A DNA stretch of 64,000 nucleotides, taken from assembly GCA_965215015.1 (NCBI GenBank), contig OZ244042.1, positions 1,216,001 to 1,280,000 on the forward strand, read 5' to 3'. Below are positions 19,283 to 29,293 of this stretch, piece by piece. The translations under genes and the position numbers were made by a program. The notes under the pieces are model-generated. The model made no database searches. It was not told the origin of the DNA and worked only from the letters and a program-made list of their open reading frames with translations. Positions within the stretch are counted from its first letter, which is position 1, and every line of letters begins with the position of its first letter. Origin of the DNA: Candidatus Poribacteria bacterium. GTDB taxonomy: Bacteria > Poribacteria > WGA-4E > PCPOR2b.

Positions 19283-20699
19283 TGGTTTCACCAAAAGGTA
19301 AATAATTCAAATATAGCCGACGCTTTGTCTCAGGCCGGACCTTGAATGGTTCACTCGTTCGGTAGCCAACGACCCAAATAATCCCATCCCCATTCACTAG
19401 CACCGGGACCCGTCCCCGTTCCTGTCGAGGAATCTTGGCATCAATTAACAAATCCTTCAGTGTTTTTCTACCCCGCATTCCAAACGGATGAAACCGGTCC
19501 CCATCTCGCCGCTGTCGAAGCTTCAGCGGAAGTTGAAGTCGATCCAGATCAAATACAGCTTGAAATTTGCCATCGGGAAACTTATCCGCCACCGCACAGT
19601 TGATTGGGTGATCTATAACGGTAGCAATCATCTCCGCATCTAATAGTGGCAGCGCGGTGTGCCCCGGCACCGCAACCTCATATTCAAATGGAGCCCGACC
19701 GTTTGTCGATTTCTGGATAAGGATATGGTCATATTCCCGGCGGAACTCCACCCTATTAGGCAGATGCAAAGTGCTATTCGGTGCTTCTCCGTCGATCAAA
19801 TTCAACATTGATTCAAAATGATTAAAATAAAAATCTCTAACCTCTCCTAAAACTTCCGCGACAGCCAGACGCAGGATTCGGCGGCGCAAGGCGAGATGAT
19901 ATTCTCGAAATAAACACCGACCCAAAACAATAGTATCAGGCGTGTAAGATTCTACCCGGCACGCTTGGAACGCCTCATGAGCGAGAGCCTCCAGATAATC
20001 CGATTCGGCACGCAACAATTCAGCTGTCTGATTCAAGGTGTTCTGGAGATTAGAGTTATAAGTGCGCTCTAAGACGGGGATGAGTTCTAAGCGGATCCGA
20101 TTGCGGAGATAGTTGAGTTGATAATTTGTAGCGTCACAGCGCGGTTCTAATCCAAGCTGCGTCACAAAATCCTCAATCTGTTTTCGTGAAAAAGCGAGCA
20201 AGGGGCGGATGAACTTGCCTTCCCTCACCGGAAGCATCCCTTTTAACCCGGACGCACCCGCTCCACGCAATAGGTGTATCAAGACCGTTTCCGCCTGATC
20301 ATCACGGTGATGTCCCAACGCAATCTTCGCCGCCCCAATCCGCTCAGAGATGCATTCGTAGAACTGATGCCGTGCTCGTCGTGCTGCCACTTCAGTTGAG
20401 AGTTTCTGTTCCCGCATCAATTGCGGCACGTCAATCCTAGCTCTTGAAATTGGAACCCCCAAGCAATCCGCCTGCTTTGCCACATACGCCGCATCCGCAG
20501 CCGAATCCTCCCGGAAACCGTGATCCAGGTGAGCAACATGAAGTTGACAATCGAGTTGATGTCGTAGGGCGTGCAAGGCGTAAAATAGGGCAAGTGAATC
20601 AACGCCACCAGAAACACCGACAAGCACTGTCTCCTTTGGTTGAATCATCTGATGTTCAGTAATAAAGCGGTAGGTGCATTGCACAAAGCGAGCGACCAT
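19266..20699 (-). CDS. tilS: tRNA(Ile)-lysidine synthetase
   Basis: SGGVDS PP-loop, GHHRDDQAET, IRPLL, RNRIR and the C-terminal TilS domain. Confidence 0.96.
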   Translation of the reverse strand: MVARFVQCTYRFITEHQMIQPKETVLVGVSGGVDSLALFYALHALRHQLDCQLHVAHLDHGFREDSAADAAYVAKQADCLGVPISRARIDVPQLMREQKLSTEVAARRARHQFYECISERIGAAKIALGHHRDDQAETVLIHLLRGAGASGLKGMLPVREGKFIRPLLAFSRKQIEDFVTQLGLEPRCDATNYQLNYLRNRIRLELIPVLERTYNSNLQNTLNQTAELLRAESDYLEALAHEAFQACRVESYTPDTIVLGRCLFREYHLALRRRILRLAVAEVLGEVRDFYFNHFESMLNLIDGEAPNSTLHLPNRVEFRREYDHILIQKSTNGRAPFEYEVAVPGHTALPLLDAEMIATVIDHPINCAVADKFPDGKFQAVFDLDRLQLPLKLRQRRDGDRFHPFGMRGRKTLKDLLIDAKIPRQERGRVPVLVNGDGIIWVVGYRTSEPFKVRPETKRRLYLNYLPFGETNENRN

Positions 20700-20779
20700 G
20701 ACAGCATCTCGAATTGGATCCCAATCTTATCGGGGGTGAACACATTTCAGATTACGGGTAGATCTTATCAATCAAAAAT

Positions 20780-20801
20780 AAAAAAGCCGCACTAGGCGGC
20801 T
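20780..20801 (-). terminator. Terminator after tRNA cluster
   Basis: AGCCGC-CTAGT-GCGGCT + T-run on the minus strand. Confidence 0.65.
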
Positions 20802-20818
20802 AAATGATGGCTTGTGAG

Positions 20819-20890
20819 TGCCGGTGTGGAGAGTTGAACTCCAGACAGCACGATTATGAGTCGTGTGCTCTACCACTGAGCTACACCGGC
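20819..20890 (-). tRNA. tRNA with CAT anticodon (elongator Met or Ile2)
   Basis: GCCGGTGTAGCTCAGTGGTAGAGCACACGACT-CAT-AATCGTG...GTTCAACTC; paired G1-C72, so not initiator. Confidence 0.92.
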
Positions 20891-20961
20891 ATAAGAAAAA
20901 AGGGAAATGCACCTGAAAAAGCACATTTCCCATAGGCTTTCCTGCCTCCAATAGAACCAAA

Positions 20962-21038
<77 letters not shown>

Positions 21039-21053
21039 CCAAGATTTAGAAAA

Positions 21054-21141
21054 TGGTGGGCGAGGAGGGATTTGAACCCTCACACCCATTTACGGGCGAT
21101 GGATTTTAAGTCCATTGTGTCTGCCATTCCACCACTCGCCC
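21054..21141 (-). tRNA. tRNA-Leu(TAA)
   Basis: GGGCGAG acceptor, CT-TAA-AA loop, long variable arm, encoded CCA. Confidence 0.96.
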
Positions 21142-21174
21142 GCGGCAAGGAGGCATTGAATTTCAGCGAACCCT

Positions 21175-21203
21175 ATTGTAATAGATCCCCTCGGATTTGT
21201 CAA
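21175..21203 (-). promoter_or_regulatory. Sigma70 promoter of tRNA cluster
   Basis: TTGACA-N17-TACAAT on the minus strand. Confidence 0.7.
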
Positions 21204-21534
21204 GGTTTTTTTCTAAATTTACTAGGATCATTTAGTTGAGAGGAGCTCATAATAATTGCCTGAATAGCGGATTAAGCAGATTCCGCGGATTCTTGTCTGA
21301 GTCAGGAGGCTCAGGATTGAAGGACTCACAGGATTATCGATTTCTCTTTGCGTTTGAGACCTGCTTTTCTATGAACCTCGTGTGGAGAATGAACTAGAAT
21401 AAACTAATGAACAAATACTCTTCACGTTTCATGACGTTTCATGTTTTTTAGAGTTGACTTTCGCATGCCAGCATGGCATACTTTTTCCCTAGGGATCCAT
21501 CCAATTTTCCAATGAGAAGGAGTAACGACCGCTT

Positions 21535-22290
21535 ATGGAACTTACCTACGCACAAAAACAGGAAATCTTTAAGAACGGGTTCGTCAAGGTCCCCGGCGTT
21601 GTGCCACAAGTGATGGCGGAGGCAGCCCTCCGGGCAATCAATAGCTCGGTCGGTGAAGGGATGAACGTCGATGACATGACAACTTTCCGATCTAGATCCT
21701 ACTGCCCAGAACTTCAGGGAACATCCATCATCACTGACTTGCTGAACCGGACCCCCGCATGGGAGTTAGCAGAATCAGCAATCGGGGTCGGAAGAATTAT
21801 TCGCCCAAAAGGCGGGCAAATCGCGCTCCGGTTTCCGAGCATACAGGACCCGCCGCCGAAGCCGGGCGGCCACCTTGATGGAATGCACTCACCACACAAC
21901 GGTGTCCCCAAAGGGGTGATCCGAAACTTCACAATGCTGGTAGGTGTGTACCTTAGCGATGTGCCGCATCCGTACGCCGGCAATTTCACCGTATGGCCCG
22001 GAACACACCACGTCTACGAGAAGTATTTTCAGGAACACGGTCCCGAATCGCTCCTTGAGGGAATGCCACCGGTCGAATTGCCGGAACCGCATCAAATCAC
22101 CGGGGAGCCCGGCGACGTTATTCTGGCACACTACCAGATTGCACATACCGCGGCAGCAAATGTCTCACCGCACACGCGATACGCAATCTTTTTCCGCCTT
22201 CGCCATGTCGATCACCCCGACTACCGTCCGGAATCGATGACCTCTATCTGGTTGGAGTGGGAAGGGATGCAGGATATTGTAGCGGCGTAA
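21535..22290 (+). CDS. Phytanoyl-CoA dioxygenase (PhyH) family protein
   Basis: FKNGFVKVPGV, HLDG, GNFTVWPGTH, GDVILAH...H...R. Confidence 0.88.
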   Translation: MELTYAQKQEIFKNGFVKVPGVVPQVMAEAALRAINSSVGEGMNVDDMTTFRSRSYCPELQGTSIITDLLNRTPAWELAESAIGVGRIIRPKGGQIALRFPSIQDPPPKPGGHLDGMHSPHNGVPKGVIRNFTMLVGVYLSDVPHPYAGNFTVWPGTHHVYEKYFQEHGPESLLEGMPPVELPEPHQITGEPGDVILAHYQIAHTAAANVSPHTRYAIFFRLRHVDHPDYRPESMTSIWLEWEGMQDIVAA

Positions 22291-22544
22291 TTGGGGTGTT
22301 GATTTCTACCCCTTCCATTAACACAGAAAAGCCAAGAAAACGGCAATTCTTCGTAACATTTTTGCTGTACTATTCTAACGCGATATGTTGTAGACTTTTT
22401 CCTCTCTGTATCCTCTGTATTTCAGCAGGATAATACGTAACGAGTAAGGGGTTCACTTGAAATCCTGACTCGTTATTCATCATCAACCCCATTGGTGCGA
22501 CAGGTGTATAGCAATGCTGGCAATCTAAAAAGAAGGGGTTACTC

Positions 22545-23822
22545 ATGGCAGAACAACTTGCAATCCACGGCGGAAAACCGACAATCCCGGAAGGAGTTAT
22601 CAAACCCTGGCCCCACATTACCGACGCCGATCGGCGGGCGGTGATGGAAGTACTATCCGGCGAAGGCATCAACGAACAACGCAAGATTCAATCTGAGGCG
22701 TTATCCCAAGAGTGGGCAGCATACGTCGGGCGAAAATACTGCATCCCGACCAACAGCGGCACCGCCGCACTTCATATGTGCATCGCCGCTTTGGGAATCG
22801 AGCCGGGCGACGAAGTCATAGTTCCAGCTTTTACATTTTGGGCGACAGCAGCTGCTGTTCTCCACCACAACGCTATCCCAATCTTCGTTGACATCGATCC
22901 GAAGACATTCTGCATTGACCCCACACAGATTGAAGCTAAACTCTCGGAACGCACGAAAGCAATCATCGCCGTTCACATCCACGGGATGCCAGCGGATATG
23001 GATGGAATCCTTGCGATTGCTGGGCAACATGGGCTCAAAGTTATTGAGGATGCCGCTCAAGCACACGGTTCAAAGTATAAAGGCGTGCCATGCGGTGCGA
23101 TCGGAGATGTCGCCGGTTTTAGCACCCAGATGTCAAAAACGCTGACGACAGGCAGCGAAGGCGGTCTATTCGTCACCGACGATGAGGATTACCACAAACA
23201 GGCGGCACTGCTGCAATACTTTGGCGAATTGGTTGTGCCGGGCAGAGAACGGCAGGAGCAGGAGTATAATGCTTTTGGATTAGGTTGGATGTATCGCGGC
23301 GATGTGTTCGGTCAAGCACTCATCCGCAGCCAACTCAAAAGGCTAAATACGAATAACGCCTTACGCATCCGAAACTGCAACTTTCTCACAGAACACCTCT
23401 CTAAAATCAAAAGCATCGAAACACCGTATGTCCCGCCACAGCGCGAATCTGTTTTCTATAATTATGTGGTTGGTGTCAAACCGGACGAATTGGGGCTTTC
23501 TGTCTCACCGAGAACCTTCCGCGAAAAAGTTCAAGAAGCCCTAGCCGCCGAGGGACTGCATGTCGGACAGTGGCAACGAAGGCCTGTACCGGCGCAGGAA
23601 ATCTTTCAAGCCCAGATCGGCTACGGAAAAGGATGCCCATGGACCTGCGGTCATGCCCAGCCGGTGGAATATCGAACAGAGGATTATCCCAACGCCACCG
23701 CGTTCATCGATTCGCATTTCTACCTCTTCGACGTGAATCCGCCGAATGACCTCGACCTGATGAAGTTGTATGTCGAAGCATTCGAGAAGGTAATGGATAA
23801 CCCCGATCAGTTGGTCGAATAG
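22545..23822 (+). CDS. DegT/DnrJ/EryC1/StrS PLP-dependent aminotransferase
   Basis: NSGTAALH, PGDEVIVPAFTF, VIEDAAQAHG, SKTLTTGSEGG. Confidence 0.92.
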   Translation: MAEQLAIHGGKPTIPEGVIKPWPHITDADRRAVMEVLSGEGINEQRKIQSEALSQEWAAYVGRKYCIPTNSGTAALHMCIAALGIEPGDEVIVPAFTFWATAAAVLHHNAIPIFVDIDPKTFCIDPTQIEAKLSERTKAIIAVHIHGMPADMDGILAIAGQHGLKVIEDAAQAHGSKYKGVPCGAIGDVAGFSTQMSKTLTTGSEGGLFVTDDEDYHKQAALLQYFGELVVPGRERQEQEYNAFGLGWMYRGDVFGQALIRSQLKRLNTNNALRIRNCNFLTEHLSKIKSIETPYVPPQRESVFYNYVVGVKPDELGLSVSPRTFREKVQEALAAEGLHVGQWQRRPVPAQEIFQAQIGYGKGCPWTCGHAQPVEYRTEDYPNATAFIDSHFYLFDVNPPNDLDLMKLYVEAFEKVMDNPDQLVE

Positions 23823-23915
23823 GCGTGTAGACGAAAGGAAAGAAGGCTAGAAGGACTATGAAGAGTGGTTAACGTCTGAAGAATGTAATCCAGAAATAAC
23901 CTGAAAGGACAATTA

Positions 23916-24953
23916 ATGGACAAAATAGTAGCTTCGCCGACAAACGTTATCTTCTGCATCGGCGATGGGATGGGATTCGAGAAAGTTAAGGCAGCTAGTA
24001 TGTACGCCCATGGCATGGTAGGGGCACTCTCATTTGAAACGTTTCCCTACCAAGGCGAGGTGACGACGCACTCAGCCGACTCCCCGATGACTGATTCGGC
24101 GGCAGCTGCAACCGCCATGGCGACCGGCTCCAAGGTCAACAACGGCGTCGTCAGCACCGCTCTGCCGGGCGATGGCAGAGAGTTGTATACACTCCTAGAA
24201 TGTTTCAAAGACCAAGGTAAAAGCACAGGATTGGTTTCCACAACCTTCATCACCCACGCCACACCAGCCGCCTTCGGTGCACACGAGCCTAAACGTGGCA
24301 ATTTGGCAGAGATCGCCGAGGGATACCTAAATAAAACCCGCCCGAATGTTCTGCTCGGCGGCGGAGGCAATGGGATGGCTGAGGCGGCAGCGAAAGCAGC
24401 CGGCTACGCAGTTGTCACAAATCGGGACGAGCTCCTATCTCTGGATATCGAAAACGTCCCGCGAGTTTCAGGGCAGTTTGGCGACACAAATCTACCCTAT
24501 GAATTTGATGGACTTGGGAATTTACCGCACCTATCCGAAATGACCCTAACCGCGCTGAAGTTATTAGCGAAAAACCCAACCGGCTTTTTTTTAATGATTG
24601 AGGGGGGCAGAATCGATCATGCCGGACACTCTAACGATATTGAGCGCAATATTTACGAGACGCTTGAGTTTTCTAGAACGGTGCAAGTTGCAATTAACTG
24701 GGCAAATAAGCGGACCGACACCCTCATCGTTGTCACTGCCGACCATGAAACCGGCGGCTTGAAAGTCCTTGAAAACAAGGGCAAGGGCATTTTCCCAATC
24801 GTCTCCTGGTCCACTGGCGGTCATACAACAACAAATATCCCTGTATACGGTTGGGGGGCCAATGCAGCGTGCATCTCTGGTGTGATGGATAACACCGATT
24901 TCTTTAACGTTGTGATGCACAACCAATCCGCAGGAAAACAGGACTTACGCTAA
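23916..24953 (+). CDS. Alkaline phosphatase (PhoA family)
   Basis: NVIFCIGDGMG, TDSAAAATA, THATPA, EGGRIDHAGH, TADHETGG. Confidence 0.92.
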   Translation: MDKIVASPTNVIFCIGDGMGFEKVKAASMYAHGMVGALSFETFPYQGEVTTHSADSPMTDSAAAATAMATGSKVNNGVVSTALPGDGRELYTLLECFKDQGKSTGLVSTTFITHATPAAFGAHEPKRGNLAEIAEGYLNKTRPNVLLGGGGNGMAEAAAKAAGYAVVTNRDELLSLDIENVPRVSGQFGDTNLPYEFDGLGNLPHLSEMTLTALKLLAKNPTGFFLMIEGGRIDHAGHSNDIERNIYETLEFSRTVQVAINWANKRTDTLIVVTADHETGGLKVLENKGKGIFPIVSWSTGGHTTTNIPVYGWGANAACISGVMDNTDFFNVVMHNQSAGKQDLR

Positions 24954-25108
24954 AAAATGTAACGTAGGGTTCCTAACCTGCGATCGGATTAGGCCTCGCT
25001 ACGCTCAACCCCCACCACTATTGGATTGCAGCTAGCATGTGTCAAAGTTATACGCATACACACTGGAAAATAGGACACGATTTTCGCAACTGAAGTGCAT
25101 AAGTGCTA
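24939..25108. mobile_element. MITE-like element overlapping the alkaline phosphatase stop codon
   Basis: Ends CAGGACTTACGC ... TGCATAAGTGCTA, similar to the copy at 37147-37397. Confidence 0.5.
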
Positions 25109-25144
25109 CCCTTTTTTGGAGCTATCACTATACTCCTAGCGGTC

Positions 25145-25184
25145 CGTACCGCCATTTTCGCGTGGAAAATGGCGGTACGTTTTT
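25145..25184. terminator. Strong hairpin between convergent alkaline phosphatase and glnD
   Basis: CGTACCGCCATTTTC-GCGTG-GAAAATGGCGGTACG + TTTTT. Confidence 0.65.
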
Positions 25185-25206
25185 CCGTGATGCCGTATCA
25201 ACCGTG

Positions 25207-27867
25207 TTACGCCCGGATAACATCACCAGATGGCGGCTTAAAAATTTCCAACTGGGCCAATGCCTCCTGAATCTTTTTTAGTCGAGTCGGATCTGTAATC
25301 TTTGCCCCATTGGTGTCCGTCAAGTAGAATGAATCCTCTGCGATGAATACCTCGGTCGTAATCTTAGCGAGACGGATATCCAAGCCTAGTTTATAAAAGG
25401 CATCCGAGATGGTGTAGAGTAGGCCCACCTGATCTTGGGTGCGGATGTCAATAATCGTTGCACGGTCCGAACCTTCATTGTCAATTCGGATCCGTGGTTG
25501 GATATAACGTCGTTGACGGCGAGAGATTGGATCCGATCCGCGTTGCTCCTGCAGCACAGCTTCCACATCAACTTCCCCGTTCCAGACCGCTGTTAACGTT
25601 CCTTCAACTTGGCGATACCGATCTAAAATTGGTCCCTTACCCGTCTGTCCATCTGTCACATTCAAGACATCGATCACAATTCCATCGCTACGCGTATTAA
25701 TCATAGCTCTCAGTATATTAATATTCTCAACTGTGAATACACCCGTAATCTGCCGGAAAATCCCCCGTGCATTGCGGGTACAGATTCCGATTTGGGTATA
25801 GCTCTGATTCTCGGCAAAGTGAGAAACAGCGATCGGATAATCCCCTAGCTTCTCAACGAGTTGAATCTGTTTGCCAATTAGGTCAGGTGACTGCGAAACC
25901 AATCCTTGGTCAGGCATTGTTTCAAAATGTCGGGCAATTGCAGCCTCTCCAACCGCTTGGCCAATCAGTTGAGTAACACGGGCTTGAAGCTCTTCAACTT
26001 TCAAGAACTCCAGCTTACCCTGCAGAAACTTAAGTGTTCGTGTGTAGAGCTGCCAAAGTAAAATCGCATTCCACTGGTTCCAAATCTCTATACTCACGGC
26101 GCGCATGTCTGCAAAAGTCAAGAGATACAACATCTTCAGATGCTGTTCATCCTGTACCAACTCCGCAAAGCGTTCAATGACTTTCGGGTCATCAAGGTCT
26201 CGCCGTTGAGCGGTGTGGAGCATATCCAAGTGCCTCAAAATGAGAAATAGCACTACTTCTTTGTCCACGGTATCCAATCCCATGCGTTCTAACGCAGCTT
26301 GTGCCATTTCAAACCCACGCTCATCATGGCCCCCCGGCCCATTGACCCCTTTGCCGACATCGTGTAATAAGATTGCCAACCGCAGCAATTCCGGTTTCTC
26401 TACCTCTTTGAGAATGTCGAGAAAAGCTTGCCCATCCTTTAACTGTGCTAGTGTTGCCTCTTCGAGATTTTCAATCGCATACAAGGTATGTTCATCGACG
26501 GTATATTGATGCGGCCGATCCGCCCGTACCAACGATCGTACCTTGCCAAATTCAGGTAGATAGCGATCCAGCACCTGCCAACGATGCATCCGGCGCAGCA
26601 CTTCAGCAACCGCCTGCGGATAACGGAGAATCGACAGGAAGCATTCGGCGACTTCAGGTGAACGCTGGAAGTTTTCATCAATGAGATGAAGATTTGCAGC
26701 AATCTGATGTCGCACATCCGCGCTAATCCGATTCCCTAGTCGCTGGCGATGTGCGAATACCTTCATAATCCGTGTGGTCTCCCCCCTAAAATCGAAATGT
26801 CCTTCCTGAAAACCGATTTCGCCTCTTACAATTGTAAATCCATCGGACAACCTTTTTGCCTGCCATCGCTCAAGCCAGCGATTTAGCAGAGATCTCTGAT
26901 GCTTCACCCGATCTATGATCAGCTTTGCAAACTCATAGAGATGCTCTGCGTGTAGATAGTAATCCCGCATCATCGTTACCTCTGCGAGGGTATGTCCATT
27001 ATCCTCGTACCCGAGATTTTTAGCGATAGTTTCTTGCACATCTAGGACGAGCTGATCACTCCCCCTTTGATTAACATAATGAAGTTCATTGCGCAACTGC
27101 CACAGAAAATTAAGTGCCTCCTCACACGACCTAGCTACTGTTCGGGGGATAATTCCTCGCCGCTCGAGCTCCCCAAGGTCTTTAACCCCAAAACGGACTG
27201 CCGCAACCCAGATGCCCGTATGAAAATCTCGCAAGCCACCGGCACTCTCCTTGATGTTCGGCTCTTGAAGATAAATCGTTGCGCCGTAAGATTCGTGACG
27301 GGCACTCCATTCCTCAATCGTTTTTGCAATGAACTTTCCTACCTGCTTCTTGAAAAAGTGCTTGGAGGTCAATCTCTGAAATTCGCGATAAACCTGCCTT
27401 GCACCGACAATGTATCGCGCTTCAAGCATTGAGGTCTTGGAGAAAATATCGTCGTAGGTCGCGCGGACACACTCCTTGAGCGATCGACAGCTATGCCCAA
27501 CCTCAAAACCGATGTCCCAGAGCGTCGTAATCAACTGGTTCGCAAACGGTTCTACTTGCCTCACGTTCAGTTCCGAAGGATTATAGACCAACATGATGTC
27601 AATGTCTGAATAGGGATTCAGTGTCTCCCGTCCATAGCCACCCAATGCGAGGATGGCTATAGGAGCATCTTCGGACAATCTGGGACCACCATCGTCCGCT
27701 TTGATTGCGGATTGATAGATGCGCTGAATCACGTTGTCTGCAAGGCGGGTATATTCTTCGACAATCTCCCTGCCGCCAATTCCGAAGCGGTGGCGGGTAT
27801 AAATGCGCTCACGTTCTTTGATACAAAAATCTTTTAGGGCTTCTACAAGTGTACGGTTGTGTTGCAT
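25207..27867 (-). CDS. glnD: Bifunctional PII uridylyltransferase/uridylyl-removing enzyme
   Basis: ALGGYGR/SDID NT domain, EPNIKESAGGLRD, HQYTVDEH and LLHDVGKG HD domain, two ACT domains; GGAGGA RBS before ATG 27867. Confidence 0.95.
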   Translation of the reverse strand: MQHNRTLVEALKDFCIKERERIYTRHRFGIGGREIVEEYTRLADNVIQRIYQSAIKADDGGPRLSEDAPIAILALGGYGRETLNPYSDIDIMLVYNPSELNVRQVEPFANQLITTLWDIGFEVGHSCRSLKECVRATYDDIFSKTSMLEARYIVGARQVYREFQRLTSKHFFKKQVGKFIAKTIEEWSARHESYGATIYLQEPNIKESAGGLRDFHTGIWVAAVRFGVKDLGELERRGIIPRTVARSCEEALNFLWQLRNELHYVNQRGSDQLVLDVQETIAKNLGYEDNGHTLAEVTMMRDYYLHAEHLYEFAKLIIDRVKHQRSLLNRWLERWQAKRLSDGFTIVRGEIGFQEGHFDFRGETTRIMKVFAHRQRLGNRISADVRHQIAANLHLIDENFQRSPEVAECFLSILRYPQAVAEVLRRMHRWQVLDRYLPEFGKVRSLVRADRPHQYTVDEHTLYAIENLEEATLAQLKDGQAFLDILKEVEKPELLRLAILLHDVGKGVNGPGGHDERGFEMAQAALERMGLDTVDKEVVLFLILRHLDMLHTAQRRDLDDPKVIERFAELVQDEQHLKMLYLLTFADMRAVSIEIWNQWNAILLWQLYTRTLKFLQGKLEFLKVEELQARVTQLIGQAVGEAAIARHFETMPDQGLVSQSPDLIGKQIQLVEKLGDYPIAVSHFAENQSYTQIGICTRNARGIFRQITGVFTVENINILRAMINTRSDGIVIDVLNVTDGQTGKGPILDRYRQVEGTLTAVWNGEVDVEAVLQEQRGSDPISRRQRRYIQPRIRIDNEGSDRATIIDIRTQDQVGLLYTISDAFYKLGLDIRLAKITTEVFIAEDSFYLTDTNGAKITDPTRLKKIQEALAQLEIFKPPSGDVIRA

Positions 27868-27938
27868 TGGTTTCCTCCAGTGAAGCACCGAGAGTCCACA
27901 ATCTGAAATACCGAAACTTTCGAGGGTTCGGTTGATTT

Positions 27939-29288
27939 TCATCCTAACCCGGACGGATCGCTAAAAAAGAGGATACAAGCAAGTGCCGGTAACAAAGCAA
28001 GAAGCACCTTGACCTCAAGCAGATAGTTTTGATAGCGTAGGGCGGCCGGATCGCCCCCCTTGAACCGTTCAATAAATTTGATTCGCCGGTCAACCGAAGG
28101 GTGCGTCTGGAATAACTCGAACAGACGTTGGATAGACCGAGGCGTGTAGTTGAGGTATGCGAGTCGAACCAAGGCGAGCTGGAGTGCCTCTGGTTTGCCT
28201 GTCAGTGCAACGGCATACAAATCTGCTTGGTGCTCAAAACGTCTCGACAGGGCGCGGAAAATGATAACAAAATAGAGAGAAATGAAAAAGACCAAACCAA
28301 GTGCTGGTAACAGCGAGGAGGTAGCTAGAACCGACTCTAGGGGCTGCCCAATGTAGATGTAATAGATAGCATAGCTGAGAAAGTAGACAATCAAAAACAT
28401 GAGATAGGTCAAAATATGCTTGTAACGGACATGCCCAAACTCATGTGCCACGATAGCTTCGATTTCATCGTCGGAAAAGTGTTGCAATAAGGCTTCTGTC
28501 AGGAAAATCTGGCGGGACCACGGGGCAATCCCAGCCACAGCCGCATTAGCAACTGACTCTGTTTGCCAAACAACGATGTCTTTGTATTTGATATTGTTTT
28601 GGGCAGCCAATCGGTGGAGTTTGTTCTTTAGATTGACATCCGCCAGCGGGACGGTCCGCCAAATCCAACCCAGTAGCAAAGGTGCGTAGATGTACGCTAA
28701 AAAAATCAGCGATGCCATAAGCGTGATAGGCAGATAGGCGTGATAGGCGAGGAATGGGATGTGTGCAATCAGATCTAGTAAACACAAGTAAACCAATAGC
28801 GGCAATAGTGGTAATAGCAGAAATTTCAGATGGACGCTGAGATACTCTCCCCTTTTCCAGTTAGTTGACGCTACCTGCTGCTCGACTTCATAAAGCGCGA
28901 GACGGATAAGCATCAGACCTGCAATCAAAGGGACAATCCCTGCAAGGTGCTTTGTATAAATTAAGGGCACCCACTCCAACGCGTTGTTGATTAACAGCGG
29001 CAAATTCAACAGGTATACATCGCAGACATAACCGATTAGGAGAAGACATTCAAAGACAATCGCGGACCGTTTGATGAGGTAAAATCGACGGATTCGGGCG
29101 TCCTGATCGGTCGGCAAGGCACGTGTCGCATAAGATCCAAAAAAATAAACAAGTGCCGGCGGTAAGATAGTTATTGCAGCCGTGGCGAGCAGGGTAAGCA
29201 GTTGATTAAATTCTCCAGCTTCTCCCGAGGGTTCAAAGAAAAAAAGAAAAACCAACCCTGCGATTAAAACAATGCTAATCTGGCTCAT
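27939..29288 (-). CDS. M48 (Ste24/HtpX) family membrane zinc metallopeptidase
   Basis: Multiple TM helices, AHEFGH, EHQAD, THPS..RI. Confidence 0.9.
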   Translation of the reverse strand: MSQISIVLIAGLVFLFFFEPSGEAGEFNQLLTLLATAAITILPPALVYFFGSYATRALPTDQDARIRRFYLIKRSAIVFECLLLIGYVCDVYLLNLPLLINNALEWVPLIYTKHLAGIVPLIAGLMLIRLALYEVEQQVASTNWKRGEYLSVHLKFLLLPLLPLLVYLCLLDLIAHIPFLAYHAYLPITLMASLIFLAYIYAPLLLGWIWRTVPLADVNLKNKLHRLAAQNNIKYKDIVVWQTESVANAAVAGIAPWSRQIFLTEALLQHFSDDEIEAIVAHEFGHVRYKHILTYLMFLIVYFLSYAIYYIYIGQPLESVLATSSLLPALGLVFFISLYFVIIFRALSRRFEHQADLYAVALTGKPEALQLALVRLAYLNYTPRSIQRLFELFQTHPSVDRRIKFIERFKGGDPAALRYQNYLLEVKVLLALLPALACILFFSDPSGLG

Positions 29289-29293
29289 TACTC

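Noticed and set aside
21260-21340. Degenerate 8-9-bp GGATT-type repeats (also at 54365-54395)
   Set aside because: Low-complexity intergenic repeats without spacers or a clear function.
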